NCBI GenBank assembly: GCA_001002135.1 | Contig: LCLP01000003.1 | Span: forward strand, 107,198 to 164,497 | Source of the DNA: Candidatus Pacebacteria bacterium GW2011_GWA1_46_10 | Lineage (GTDB): Bacteria > Patescibacteriota > Microgenomatia > UBA1400 > PJMF01 | DNA: 57,300 bases | Reading direction: 5' to 3' | Shown here: in pieces, positions 44,553 to 55,000 of the stretch | How the letters are laid out: each line of letters begins with the position of its first letter | How positions within the stretch are numbered: the first letter of the stretch is position 1 | Translations under genes and position numbers: made by a program | Notes under the pieces: model-generated | Told to the model about the DNA's origin: nothing | Database searches by the model: none | What the model saw: only the letters and a program-made list of their open reading frames with translations

Positions 44553-45419
44553 TTACTCACGCAAACCGGTTGACTGCACCCAAATTGTCTCTCCGTCAGT
44601 TGCCAATTCAATGTCACCCAATTGGTCGGTACGCAAAACCGCACTGCCCACAGCAGCCAAATTTTCCAACACCGATTGAGCTGGATGACCATAGCTATTT
44701 TTCCTACCGGCACTGATGACTGCCAAGCTTGGGCTGATTTTCTCGAGGAAAACCAGGCTGGAACTGGTCGCTGAGCCATGGTGACCGACTTTGAGCACGT
44801 CTACTTGAGGAAGTAGCCCACTGGCCACCAGCCATAACTCTCCTTTTTCCTCGAGATCACCGGTAAACAACCAGCTGGTTCGCCCGTACTCGAGTAAAAA
44901 CACGATGGAGCGGTCATTTTTACTCTGTGCGGCCGGGTTTTCGCCTGGTTTCTCGAGGAAAGTGAGCCAGCCTCCTTCCGGCAAACGAACTGACTGGCCT
45001 AAAATCGGCTGTTTCAAGGCGGCGCCGTTGGCTTGTTCCTGCAAAATTGCCTCTTTTAAAGCCTGGAGAGTGGCAGTATCCTTATTTGTAGCTGGGAAAA
45101 ACAGGTATTTTGTGTCATAAAGACCCAAAATTTCCTCGAAAAAACCGATGTGATCCTCGTCGCCGTGGGTCAAAATCATCACCTCAATCGTTCGATCCCA
45201 CGCCGGCAGAAACTTTCCCAAACAGCCTAGCACTCGATCATCCTTTCCGCTATCAATCAGCACTTGAAAAAAGTCTTGCTGTATCAGAATAGAATCACCC
45301 TGACCAACATCACAAAAGATAACTTTTATTGATGAATCAGGCCATTTTTTATAGACAAAATAACCCAAAAAAGCCAAAATTGCGGCGGTGTAAAAAAGGC
45401 GTTTTTTAAACTTTTTCAT
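44553..45419 (-). CDS. ComEC-type metallo-beta-lactamase-fold nuclease domain (stand-alone)
   Basis: DVGQGDS, THGDEDHIG, NDRSIV, LFTGDLE, KVGHHGS and SYGHP. Confidence 0.9.
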   Translation of the reverse strand: MKKFKKRLFYTAAILAFLGYFVYKKWPDSSIKVIFCDVGQGDSILIQQDFFQVLIDSGKDDRVLGCLGKFLPAWDRTIEVMILTHGDEDHIGFFEEILGLYDTKYLFFPATNKDTATLQALKEAILQEQANGAALKQPILGQSVRLPEGGWLTFLEKPGENPAAQSKNDRSIVFLLEYGRTSWLFTGDLEEKGELWLVASGLLPQVDVLKVGHHGSATSSSLVFLEKISPSLAVISAGRKNSYGHPAQSVLENLAAVGSAVLRTDQLGDIELATDGETIWVQSTGLRE

Positions 45420-46740
45420 GAAAAAAGTGCGTTTTTACTTCTCTTTTTCTACGGGTCAAAATAGCAAAAATACCTATAATTCCCGCCCAAATTGCTAGAT
45501 ATCGCTGCTCCAACCCTTCAGCCACAGTTTGATTAAGAAAATACCAAGGCTGCCACCAGGCTACAGCAGCTAAATAGAGCCGCAAAACGCCAGTCATCAG
45601 CGAGGAAGTTACCTCGAGTATCACTCGCACTGGCCAATATTGCTCAAAGAAAGCCAGGAGAAACTGTAACCCTGCCGCCTGGGTAATACCGCCAATCCAG
45701 GGTAAAAGCAGTGGGTTAGCCAGGAAACTCACCAAGTTGAGTGAGTGAAAAAACCAGATCAGCAGGGGAAAAATCAGTGCCTGAGCTGAGAGAGAAACTG
45801 CTCCCTCCTCGAGAAAAATGCGTGAAACCCTCTTTAACTGTGGCTCCCCATTTTTTGGCCATCCCTCCTGCCAAAAGAGCGATAAACGCCTAGAGAAAAC
45901 CATAATCCCGAGGGTAGCCAGCACTGACAACCAGAGGGAAAGTGAGGCAACCAGGGCGGGTTGAAAGCTGAGGATAATCACCACTGACCAGGCTAAAACA
46001 CGCACTCTTTGAGTCTTTTGGCCCAAAAACTTGAGCAGGAAAACCAGCGAAAACATCCAAGCCGCCCGTAATAATGGTGGTTGAAACTTGAGAAGAATGA
46101 CATAGGTCCAAACAACTGCTAAAATGAGAGTAAGTTGCATTTTTCTCGAGAAAAACCGAGTTAGTCGACGAGCCGCACCGGCTACCAGAGCGACGTTAAA
46201 ACCAGAGGCCACCAGCACGTGCAGCATACCGGCATTAGTAAAATCGGGATAAAAACTGGCTTCGGGAGATTTTTCTCCTAAAACTAAACCTCTCGTGAAC
46301 TGAAGGTTATCTTGAGAAAAGTAGAGTTTAAGCACGTTAATTTTTTTAGCCTGGATTTCCTCAAGAAAATTTTCCAAGCGAAAAAACCGATATTTAAACA
46401 AAGCCAACCAAAAATTTAAAAGACTTTTAGATTGATTAATCAATCCTTTTACAGTAAAAACCTGCTTGTCAATCAGTCCACTTTGATTGCTAAATTTCAG
46501 CTCGTTTTGGCTTTCTACCAGGCTAAACATCTGGTTTTTTGACCTCTCCAAACATTCATAACAAAGTGTATCAAAGTAGGTATTTTCTGAGAGTGATTTT
46601 GAGCTATTTCGGTTTCTGTTCGCTAGCCAAAACTGATCTATTAATATTTTTGAAATAATTATGGTTAATATAAATAGTATTAAGTAAATCAAAAACATAT
46701 TTTGTGATACTAGCCCGTTTTCTTTAAGATGAATGAACAT
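45406..46740 (-). CDS. comEC: ComEC/Rec2 competence membrane domain
   Basis: GMLHVLVASGFNV, PPLLRAA, LSVLATLGI and LANPL motifs. Confidence 0.88.
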   Translation of the reverse strand: MFIHLKENGLVSQNMFLIYLILFILTIIISKILIDQFWLANRNRNSSKSLSENTYFDTLCYECLERSKNQMFSLVESQNELKFSNQSGLIDKQVFTVKGLINQSKSLLNFWLALFKYRFFRLENFLEEIQAKKINVLKLYFSQDNLQFTRGLVLGEKSPEASFYPDFTNAGMLHVLVASGFNVALVAGAARRLTRFFSRKMQLTLILAVVWTYVILLKFQPPLLRAAWMFSLVFLLKFLGQKTQRVRVLAWSVVIILSFQPALVASLSLWLSVLATLGIMVFSRRLSLFWQEGWPKNGEPQLKRVSRIFLEEGAVSLSAQALIFPLLIWFFHSLNLVSFLANPLLLPWIGGITQAAGLQFLLAFFEQYWPVRVILEVTSSLMTGVLRLYLAAVAWWQPWYFLNQTVAEGLEQRYLAIWAGIIGIFAILTRRKREVKTHFFHEKV

Positions 46741-46822
46741 TGAGTCTTTTTAAGCTATTTATAAGAGTGAGGCTAAAATCAACCTCAACTTTGCTGAAAT
46801 TCGTGTCAGTTGCTGTTGAAAA

Positions 46823-47458
46823 TTAGAGAGAAATCAATTCCTTTATCTCGTCAAAAATCCCCTCCGTCAGCACTTTTCTCACCACGAGCTCGTCCAGGGT
46901 GTGGTACGGCCTGTTTTCGATGATTTTAGTTGCTCTAGTCTCACCTATTCCCGGCAAAGTCTCTAGTGATTCAGCAGTAGCAGTATTCACCGAGATCTTA
47001 TCGGCAACCGAGTCAACGGATGATTGTTCACTGGCATTGCCAGCGGTTGCCTGCTGCTCTGGCTTTTCACCGGCAAACGGCACGTAAATCTTTTGCCCAT
47101 CCTTGACCGGATCTGCCAGGTTCAGACCTTTAACGGTAAAATCACGGTCTGCTCGTTGGGAAAAGCCGCCGGCCTTTTCAATCGCCAGGGCCACCCTGGA
47201 GCCAACTGGCAGCTGCCATACTCCAGGATTGACCACCGCTCCGGCCACCTCGACCGTCAGCTGCTGCTCCTTGAGAAAACTTTGTTCGCCTACCGCCGCC
47301 AAAACCTCAGCCGAGCACAGCGGCACCTCTGCTCGTTCCACCATCAAAACCTGCAGACCGTAGGCTATCCCGATGAGCCCTACGGTTCCTGAGAGCAGTT
47401 GGAGCGCCGCGCCCCAATTACCGCTGAAGTTTTTGAAGAGGTGAGCGCCCCACTGCAT
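46823..47458 (-). CDS. comEA: ComEA family DNA-binding protein (SLBB plus HhH)
   Basis: VEVAGAV.NPGV..L..GSRV..AI.KAGG, NLA..V.DGQKIYVP and INTA...L..LPGIGE.RA. Confidence 0.9.
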   Translation of the reverse strand: MQWGAHLFKNFSGNWGAALQLLSGTVGLIGIAYGLQVLMVERAEVPLCSAEVLAAVGEQSFLKEQQLTVEVAGAVVNPGVWQLPVGSRVALAIEKAGGFSQRADRDFTVKGLNLADPVKDGQKIYVPFAGEKPEQQATAGNASEQSSVDSVADKISVNTATAESLETLPGIGETRATKIIENRPYHTLDELVVRKVLTEGIFDEIKELISL

Positions 47459-47549
47459 AACTTTACTATGCGGGTGGAAACGAACAAAAAATGTAACTTT
47501 TTGGAGAGGAAATTAAAACATCTCGGGAAAAAATGAATTTTAAAACATC

Positions 47550-47576
47550 AAAAAACCCCCGATAAAATCTGGGGGT
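47550..47576 (-). terminator. Intrinsic terminator downstream of the leuS/tRNA-like unit
   Basis: ACCCCC...GGGGGT followed by TTTTT on the minus strand. Confidence 0.7.
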
Positions 47577-47590
47577 CTTTGACTTTCCTA

Positions 47591-47637
47591 AAGCTCTGAC
47601 TGGAACTTTAAGCGGCTTTGTCACTCCGCAGTTAAAG
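47591..47637 (-). repeat. Inverted partial copy of the tRNA-like 5' half, forming an anti-anticodon hairpin
   Basis: Plus strand AAGCTCTGA and GCGG-cttTGTCACTCCG match the minus-strand tRNA-like RNA; hairpin CTTTAA-GCGG/CCGC-TTAAAG with a 10-nt loop. Confidence 0.75.
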
Positions 47638-47684
47638 CGAATATAGTGTCGGAAAATTAAATTGTCAAGGTTTCATTTATGCCC

Positions 47685-47760
47685 TGGAGCTGCTGGAGGG
47701 ACTTGCACCCTCTCCTACGGAGTGACAATTCCGCCGCTCCACTATCAGAGCTTCAGCAGC
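47685..47760 (-). tRNA. Non-canonical tRNA-Asp(GTC)-like RNA with 8-nt anticodon loop
   Basis: All four stems intact and CCA encoded, but A8, D-loop TGATAGTG, loop ATTGTCAC, T-loop TGCAAGT and U73. Confidence 0.7.
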
Positions 47761-47821
47761 ACCTCACAGGGCAATTTGAGTATGCCAACTGAAACTGAAC
47801 GTTAAGTGTAACTTTGGAAAA

Positions 47822-50299
47822 CTACTTTGTCGCAAAACTGACTATTTTGCCGGGAATGTAAATTTCTTTAACAATCTGTTTATCTTTGAGCCATTTTTCT
47901 ACCCCAGCAAGCTTTCTAGCCTCAACCAAGATAGTCGTTTGATCCTCAAGCTGACCATGCTCGACCGTCAACTGCCCCCTCAGCTTACCATCCACTTGAA
48001 CAGCCACCGCCACTCGCTCTTCCTGAGCGAGCTTGGCGTCAAATTTCGGCCAGGGTTGAACGTGAACGCCTTGGTATTGTTTGGTTCCCTTAACTGACAC
48101 TAACTGCCCATAGAGCTCCTCTGCCATAAACGGCGCGAACGGGGCCAGCATCTTTATAAACATCACCAAATCCTGACTGGTTAGAGCCGTTTCATCACTG
48201 TCGCGAGCGGTTTTCTCCCAAAGATTGAGAAACTCCATCATCGCCGCAATGGCTGTATTAAATTTCAGCGCCGGAATATCGGCCGTCACTTTTTTGAGGG
48301 TTTGATGGAGTTTTCGTGCCAACGCCGGATCAGTTTGACTCGAGACTTTTAATTGGTATACAGCAAAAACCCGTTTTAAGAACCGTGCCACTCCCGCCAC
48401 CGCCCGGTCATCCCAAGGCTTAGCCGCCTCCAGTGGCCCCATGAACATCTCATAAATACGCAAAGTGTCGGCGCCAAACTTACTAATAATCTCATCAGGA
48501 TTAATCACATTGCCCTTGCTTTTGCTCATCTTCTTGCCATCTGGCCCCAGAATCATGCCCTGGTGGCGCATTTTGGTGAAAGGCTCGTTAATGGTCAAAT
48601 ACCCCTCGTCACGCAAAAACTTAGTGAAAAAACGGGCGTACAGCAAGTGCAAAACAATGTGTTCCGGACCAATAAGGTACAAATCCACTGGCAGCCAAGC
48701 TTTCAGTTGCTTGGGATCAGCAAAAGCCTTGGTATTGCGAGCATCCAAGTAGCGAAGGAAGTACCAGCTGGAGTCGACAAATGTATCCATGGTGTCAAAC
48801 TCCGGCCGCCACCCCTTGCCATAGAGTTTCTCTGTGCGCGCCACAAATTCCTGGGAAGACTTGAGCGGCGATTCACCGGTCGGCTTAAAGTCCACGTCGG
48901 TGGGCAGTGTCCACGGCAGATGTTCCTCTTTTACCGGATGTGGTTTGCCGTCAGGATCATAGACAATCGGAATCGGTGCCCCCCAGTACCGCTGACGGGA
49001 AATCAGCCAGTCACGGAGTTTGTACGTCGTCTCCCAGCGTGCAAAGCCTTGTTCAATCATCCAGGCAGCCATATTCTCCTTGCCTGCTCCCCAGGCCTCT
49101 TGGCCATCAAACTGCCCAGAATTCACGAGTTTACCAGGACCCTCGAACGAACGCTCGCTGTTTCTAACCGCCTGATCGATCTTAGAATCGTCGTAAGAAA
49201 CAACTTGCGTAATCGGCAAACTATATTTCTTAGCAAAGGCAAAATCACGCTCATCATGTGCTGGCACACCCATCACGATCGCCGTGCCAACTCCCATCAA
49301 GATATAATCAGCCACAAACAGTGGTACCTCTTGGCCATTGACCAGATTCACCACAGTCAAGCCAGTGTTAACGCCGGTTTTGTCTTTCTCACCAATCCGG
49401 CGCTCTTCTTCGGTTTTATGTTTGGCCTGATCAAGATAATCAGCCACAGCCTGCTGTCTGTCAGCGGCCACTAAATTACCCAACTTCAACGCCTCGAATT
49501 TCTCTGGCGCCATCACCACAAATGTGGCCCCATACACCGTCTCCCAAAACTTGGTCCAGACAGGCAGCGCTTGACTATTTTTTTTAAGGGTGAAATCAAT
49601 CGTTAAGCCTTTGACTTTGCCTATCCAATTGCGTTGGTGTTGTTTGGTGGCCTCTGGCCAGTCAACCTGGTTAAGCCCGTCGAGTAACTCATCTTGATAC
49701 TGCGTAATCTTGAAATACCACTGCTCCAGTTCCTTTTGGACCACCTTAGTACCGCAGCGCTCGCAGTGGCCCTCGACTACTTGTTCATTGGCCAACACTG
49801 TCTGGTCCTTGGGGCACCAATTGACTACACCGATCCCTCGGTAAGCCAAACCCTTTTTATACAACTGGAGAAACAACCACTGGGTCCAACGATAGTACCC
49901 AGGGTGGTTGGTGGCCAGTTCATTAGCCCAATCGTAGGAAATACCTAGCCGTTGAATTTGGCCGCGAAAAGTGTCAATCGCCTCCCTGGTGGTGACTGCC
50001 GGGTGAACGCCGGTTTTGATAGCGTAGTTTTCTGCTGGCAGACCAAACGCGTCCCACCCGACCGGAAAGTAAACATCCTGGCCGGTCATCCGGTAGAAAC
50101 GCGTCAACATATCTAGTGCGGTCTTTGACTCCACATGACCAACATGGAGCCCAGAGCCAGACGGGTACGCAAAAGCAAATAAGAGATATTGCTTATTTTT
50201 TGGTAAGACAGCAACTTGATCTTGAAACAACCCAACTGTCGCCCAGTATTTTTGCCACTTGGCTTCTATTTTGGCGTGATCGTACTGCATTTTCTTCAT
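47822..50299 (-). CDS. leuS: Leucine--tRNA ligase
   Basis: YPSG.GLHVGH, GWDAFGLPAEN, CP...TVLANEQV..G.CERC, ISRQRYWG and KMSKS. Confidence 0.98.
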   Translation of the reverse strand: MKKMQYDHAKIEAKWQKYWATVGLFQDQVAVLPKNKQYLLFAFAYPSGSGLHVGHVESKTALDMLTRFYRMTGQDVYFPVGWDAFGLPAENYAIKTGVHPAVTTREAIDTFRGQIQRLGISYDWANELATNHPGYYRWTQWLFLQLYKKGLAYRGIGVVNWCPKDQTVLANEQVVEGHCERCGTKVVQKELEQWYFKITQYQDELLDGLNQVDWPEATKQHQRNWIGKVKGLTIDFTLKKNSQALPVWTKFWETVYGATFVVMAPEKFEALKLGNLVAADRQQAVADYLDQAKHKTEEERRIGEKDKTGVNTGLTVVNLVNGQEVPLFVADYILMGVGTAIVMGVPAHDERDFAFAKKYSLPITQVVSYDDSKIDQAVRNSERSFEGPGKLVNSGQFDGQEAWGAGKENMAAWMIEQGFARWETTYKLRDWLISRQRYWGAPIPIVYDPDGKPHPVKEEHLPWTLPTDVDFKPTGESPLKSSQEFVARTEKLYGKGWRPEFDTMDTFVDSSWYFLRYLDARNTKAFADPKQLKAWLPVDLYLIGPEHIVLHLLYARFFTKFLRDEGYLTINEPFTKMRHQGMILGPDGKKMSKSKGNVINPDEIISKFGADTLRIYEMFMGPLEAAKPWDDRAVAGVARFLKRVFAVYQLKVSSQTDPALARKLHQTLKKVTADIPALKFNTAIAAMMEFLNLWEKTARDSDETALTSQDLVMFIKMLAPFAPFMAEELYGQLVSVKGTKQYQGVHVQPWPKFDAKLAQEERVAVAVQVDGKLRGQLTVEHGQLEDQTTILVEARKLAGVEKWLKDKQIVKEIYIPGKIVSFATK

Positions 50300-50314
50300 C
50301 GTTCAGTCTATTTT

Positions 50315-50361
50315 AACTACCAACCACTAACTATCAACTATGAACTCTAAACTATTCAACT
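50315..50361. repeat. Heptamer-periodic repeat, single arm, copy 4
   Basis: AACTATC-AACTATG-AACTCTA-AACTATT units upstream of leuS. Confidence 0.7.
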
Positions 50362-50711
50362 TTCTTTTTGTGCAAAACTGGTGGAAAAGTAACCTTCCAT
50401 AAGTAACTTCGGCTATTATTCACGCATCATTACAAGGACTATAGTGACTTAGCAAAATCGGTCTTTATTACCGCATTATTCACGATTTATTACCGAATAA
50501 TCTGGTACATCGATTAACGCAAAAATAAAAATATTGATATTAATACTATTTTGTATATCTTACTGTTTTTACTTTTCTTACATTTTCAAAAACCCGAAGT
50601 AACTTTCTAACATACCGAAAAAGAATCAGAAAAAAGAAAAAGAAAAACCAGAGTAAAAATAACCTTAAAATAAGTCAATCAAAAGGAATCAAACCAAATT
50701 ATGAATATTAC

Positions 50712-51458
50712 TTACTCTCTGGAACTTAAGTTTTGAAGCTGAAAAAGCAGTTCAACTCCGTTTGGAACTTGAGGAAAATAAAAATGTTGTAGACCATAAT
50801 CCAGCTTTAACGCCGAGAAGAGCCGATCAAAGACTGAAAAGAAGCGTAATTTAGCTTGATTTGTGAGTGAATTTAACGAACTATCCCCTGTTAGCAAACT
50901 GTCAATCTCTTTGCTAATACCAGAGTAAGTCTCTGCAAGATCAGCTAAACCAAAATTTGAACCTATAATCTCCTTCTCATCTCCGAAGAGCCAATCCTTG
51001 AGCTTGACCACCATCACCCCCCCCTCATAGGTGTTATGCAACTCAAAAGTCACTCGATCCGGTAACTCACCCGGGTAAAGAAACATTCCTCTGGCTGCCG
51101 GCAGGGCATGAGTGCCGAGTAAAGTTCGACGGAGAAAGCGAAAGTTTTTATCTTGTTTTGGCGCTCGCAAAAAGAAGATCCCATACCACTCTCCTTTCCA
51201 CTCACGCCTCGAAGGTGAAAAAACCGGAATTTGGGCCTCCAGTGCCCTCATACCGTGGGTCGTGATGCTGGCCAACGATTCGTTCTGGATTTTTTCCAAC
51301 CGGATTCTTTTCCTAGCTTGAAGAAACGAGAGAATCGACTGCAAACCGCCTGAAGTTAAGTCCGGAGCAATCATGGCAAATTCAGCAGTCTTGACCCAAC
51401 GAGCCGTTTTATCTGAGGGGTAAAGCCAGCTTAATAAGCGTTGAGCATTTTCTTTCAT
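50712..51458 (-). CDS. PaaX-like transcriptional regulator
   Basis: Winged-helix-like N-terminus (ITTHG), then WKGEWYGIFF...FRFLRRTL...GMFLYP resembling the PaaX central domain. Confidence 0.65.
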   Translation of the reverse strand: MKENAQRLLSWLYPSDKTARWVKTAEFAMIAPDLTSGGLQSILSFLQARKRIRLEKIQNESLASITTHGMRALEAQIPVFSPSRREWKGEWYGIFFLRAPKQDKNFRFLRRTLLGTHALPAARGMFLYPGELPDRVTFELHNTYEGGVMVVKLKDWLFGDEKEIIGSNFGLADLAETYSGISKEIDSLLTGDSSLNSLTNQAKLRFFSVFDRLFSALKLDYGLQHFYFPQVPNGVELLFQLQNLSSRE

Positions 51459-52039
51459 GGTAATCTTTATCTTTATTTCGCCTTACTTCTGCATCAAGAC
51501 ACTATTGCAAAATCAGCGACAAATATTTATAGCGCAAACTGGTCGTTTCTTTCATTTTTCCACATCTCTCTTTCCCGAAACTCCAAAAACAACACTGGGT
51601 ACGAAAAAAAACCGATAGGCAACACTGAGCTAAAAATAAAGTTTTAATCTGATTTATAAGGCCTTTCAAGCTATGTTTTGTTAACATATTCTCCAAGCAT
51701 AACTACAAATTACAGATTCTCGTTCACATAATACACCTTTTCTATAGACTTTCACAAGCCTCACTTGTTGTGAAAAAACGGCCGTGATCACCAACCTGAA
51801 ACAGCAGCGGTGATCATTAATGAATACTTTTGATCTCTTTTCAGCCACTTCATGGTGAGTAAGGTGATCTCTACTCGAGGAAAAAGTGCTATTTTTTGTG
51901 TAAAACTCGCAACACAATACTCCCTTTGAAAAGCCGAAATTATAGTTGCAATAGACCTTCAAAAAACCATAAACTCAAGCCTGAGTTCGTGATCTAACAC
52001 CAGTGTCTAAATCCTCTGGGTTACACACGAAAAAAAGCT

Positions 52040-55000
52040 ATGCCACGGCAGCCTGCCCGCTCCACCCTCTCCGCCCGCGAAAACACTGCCTTTTCCACAA
52101 GTCAGTCGTTCAATACGCCAAACACCCAAACTAAACCCATTAATTTCGAGAAACTGCTGGAGAAATACCTTAACAGCTTAGCGGCTAACGGGACGGCCGA
52201 CGCCACCATCAGAAATTATCGCAGTGATATTGCCCAATTTCTCTCGAGTGTACCGGATCAAAACTCCCTCAACTCTGGTGAACTACGAAAACAGCTTGTG
52301 GAAAAATTTCTCCTTTCCCAGAGAGAAAAAGGCCTCAGTGCAGCCACAGTGCGCCGGAAATTAATCAGCACCACCCAATTCCTGCAGTGGGCTGCCCAAA
52401 CCAGTACCCCTCCTGCTCGGGCGACCACTCGATCAATCACTCAGCCAACTACTCAACTGACTACTCAACCGACCGCCTTACCTCAGAGTAGCCCTCTCCC
52501 CACCGTTCCGGCCGGAAAGCCAGCAGAAGTCTATCTCATTCCTCTGGCCATTGAAAAAGTTCTCAACCAATACCTGACTACGCTCAAATACAACTCGGCT
52601 TCTGACGCCACCATCAGAAACTACCGCAGTGACATCAAGCAGTTTGCTGCCTTCATCAGGGAAAAAACCATCGACACACTGCTGGTCCTCAATAACCTCA
52701 AGCGGTTCGCCCTCTCCCAGAAAGAAAAAGGACTCAAGGCGACCTCAGTTCAACGAAAGTTGACCAGTATCACCCAATTCGCCCTCTGGGCACAACGGCG
52801 TAAATTGATCCCGACCGCCAGCAGCGACTGGTCATCGACTGCCTTAGACAGTGTTTTTTTCCCTACCTCAGACAGCCCGATTGTGGTGACCGCTCCCACT
52901 CCAGACGAAACAGTAAAACTGGGCAAACGGAAACGGCTGAAAGAAGGCTGGTTGGCCGGCTTAGTGCTTTTGCTGTTGTTGTTTGGCAGTTCGATCGGTC
53001 TCTACCTAGTCCAAACAGTCCAAGAGCTGCGGCGTCAGGCCGCGGAGACCACTGAAGTCCCGACGACCGCTGCTCAGCAAATTGACTACTCCACCCTCAC
53101 TCAAGTACTCGAGGGAAATCACGCCATTCCATTTAGCGGCAAACTGTATAAAGACACCGGCGAACAAGTAACAGGTACCACGGTGGCATTTTTTAGTCTG
53201 TTGGACGGACCGTCTGATGAGGCCGAGGTCGTTTGGGAATCAGGCGCTTGTCAAGTCAAGACCGATTCTCAGGGTATTTTCAATATTAACCTGGGTGGAG
53301 GCACCGGTAGTGGGACTGACAATAGTGAGTGTGGACCCCCACTCTCCAATGACGTCTACTACGGCGAGAGTAACCTCTGGTTATTGCCAACGATCGGCGG
53401 TCAACAACTGGCTCTTTACCCAGTTAAAACGGTTTCTTACTCCGAAGACTCACAGCTACTGGACGGCGCACCACTTGGCAACCCGGTCATCAATGAGTCG
53501 GTGCTCTACATGAATGACCAGGGTGAAGTGCTATTTGCTGACGAACCAACTTTCAATGTGCCAGCGGGAAATCTCACTTTGGCTGGCGAAAATCTGTATT
53601 TTGTGACTGAAGGTAGGGGCGATATTTTGGCAGACAGCAGAATCATCGCTCCGAGTGCCATTTTTGGCGGTGGTGAACAATCACCACTCATCCTACTTCA
53701 GGGCGAAGAGAGCACTGCCCCGCTGTTGGACCTGCGCGATAGCCAAGGTCAACAGTTAGGGGTGATCGATATCCAGGGTCGACTGGGGCTGGGCACCACC
53801 ACCCCGCAAGGACTAATCGGACTGGGAGGTAACGGCGCCTATATCAGCGCCGATAATAACAACCTGGTTTTTTATGATACTGCCACCGGCACCGTCAAAA
53901 CTCTCTCCGACTTAGCGGCCGGCGGCGTGGACACCAACTTCTGGTCTCAATCCGGCACCTCGATTTACTACACTGGCGGTCAAGTAGGAGTCGGCACCAG
54001 CAGTACCGAACAGACCTTAACTGTGGGCGGCAACATCCAGTTGGGCACCACAGACGCCGACCGATATATCTACTTTGACAATGGCACTAGTGCCAACAGT
54101 GGTATCCGTTATAACGCCACCAACGACAAAATCCAGTTTAGCCATGATGGCTCAACTTGGAGTGATTTGGGTACGACTGGGGTTACTTCGGTCACTAACT
54201 CCGACGGTACGCTGACCATCTCGCCCACCACCGGCGCAGTCGTGGCCTCACTCAATCTCGGCCACGCTAATACCTGGACAGCCACCCAAACTTTCGCCGG
54301 TCTGACCGCTTCCGGGACCGTCACTTTCTCAGGTCTGAGCGCTGGTGTCGACAACACAGTCCTCGTCCTCAACTCAAGTAACCAACTGGTGACCGATGAA
54401 ATTGATAGTCGGGTTTGGGGAACTACCCTCGTTGACGGAACTGGGACCGCTGATTATGTAGCCTACTGGTCTGATACTGATACGCTGGCCGCGGAACAGT
54501 ACTTGGCCACTGCCCGAGGTGGCCTGGGTGGGAATGTGACGGCCCTTGGGGCTGGAGAGGTGTTGTACTCGACCGGCACTACTGCCTATGACTCACTGGC
54601 AGCTGGTTCTAGTGGGCAACTCTTAACTTCTGGTGGGGCAGCTGCTCCTTCTTGGAGTAACATCGCCTCCCTGCTGACTGCTGGTGATGACATTGTCTTC
54701 ATTGAAGACGGCGGCGATGTGGGAGTAGGCACTAACGCACCTGAACAAGACCTGACCGTGGCCAGCAACATTCAACTGGGAGTGACTGACGGAGACAGAT
54801 ATATCTACTTTGATAACGGCACACTCAGTAACGCTGGTTTTCGCTATAACGCCACCGGCGATCAAATGGAGTTTAGTAACGATGGTACCACCTGGACAGC
54901 TTTCAGCGACCTGACTTCCGGCCTGGTTACCTCAGTCAGCAACTCTGATGGCACCTTGACGATCTCACCCACCACCGGGGATGTAGTAGCTTCACTCAAT

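Noticed and set aside
50300-50711. Leu-codon leader peptide or T-box upstream of leuS
   Set aside because: No Leu-rich short ORF, T-box sequence or terminator found on the minus strand
50712-51458. CRISPR-associated Cas2
   Set aside because: The PaaX central domain is Cas2-like in fold, but there is no array or cas gene in the window
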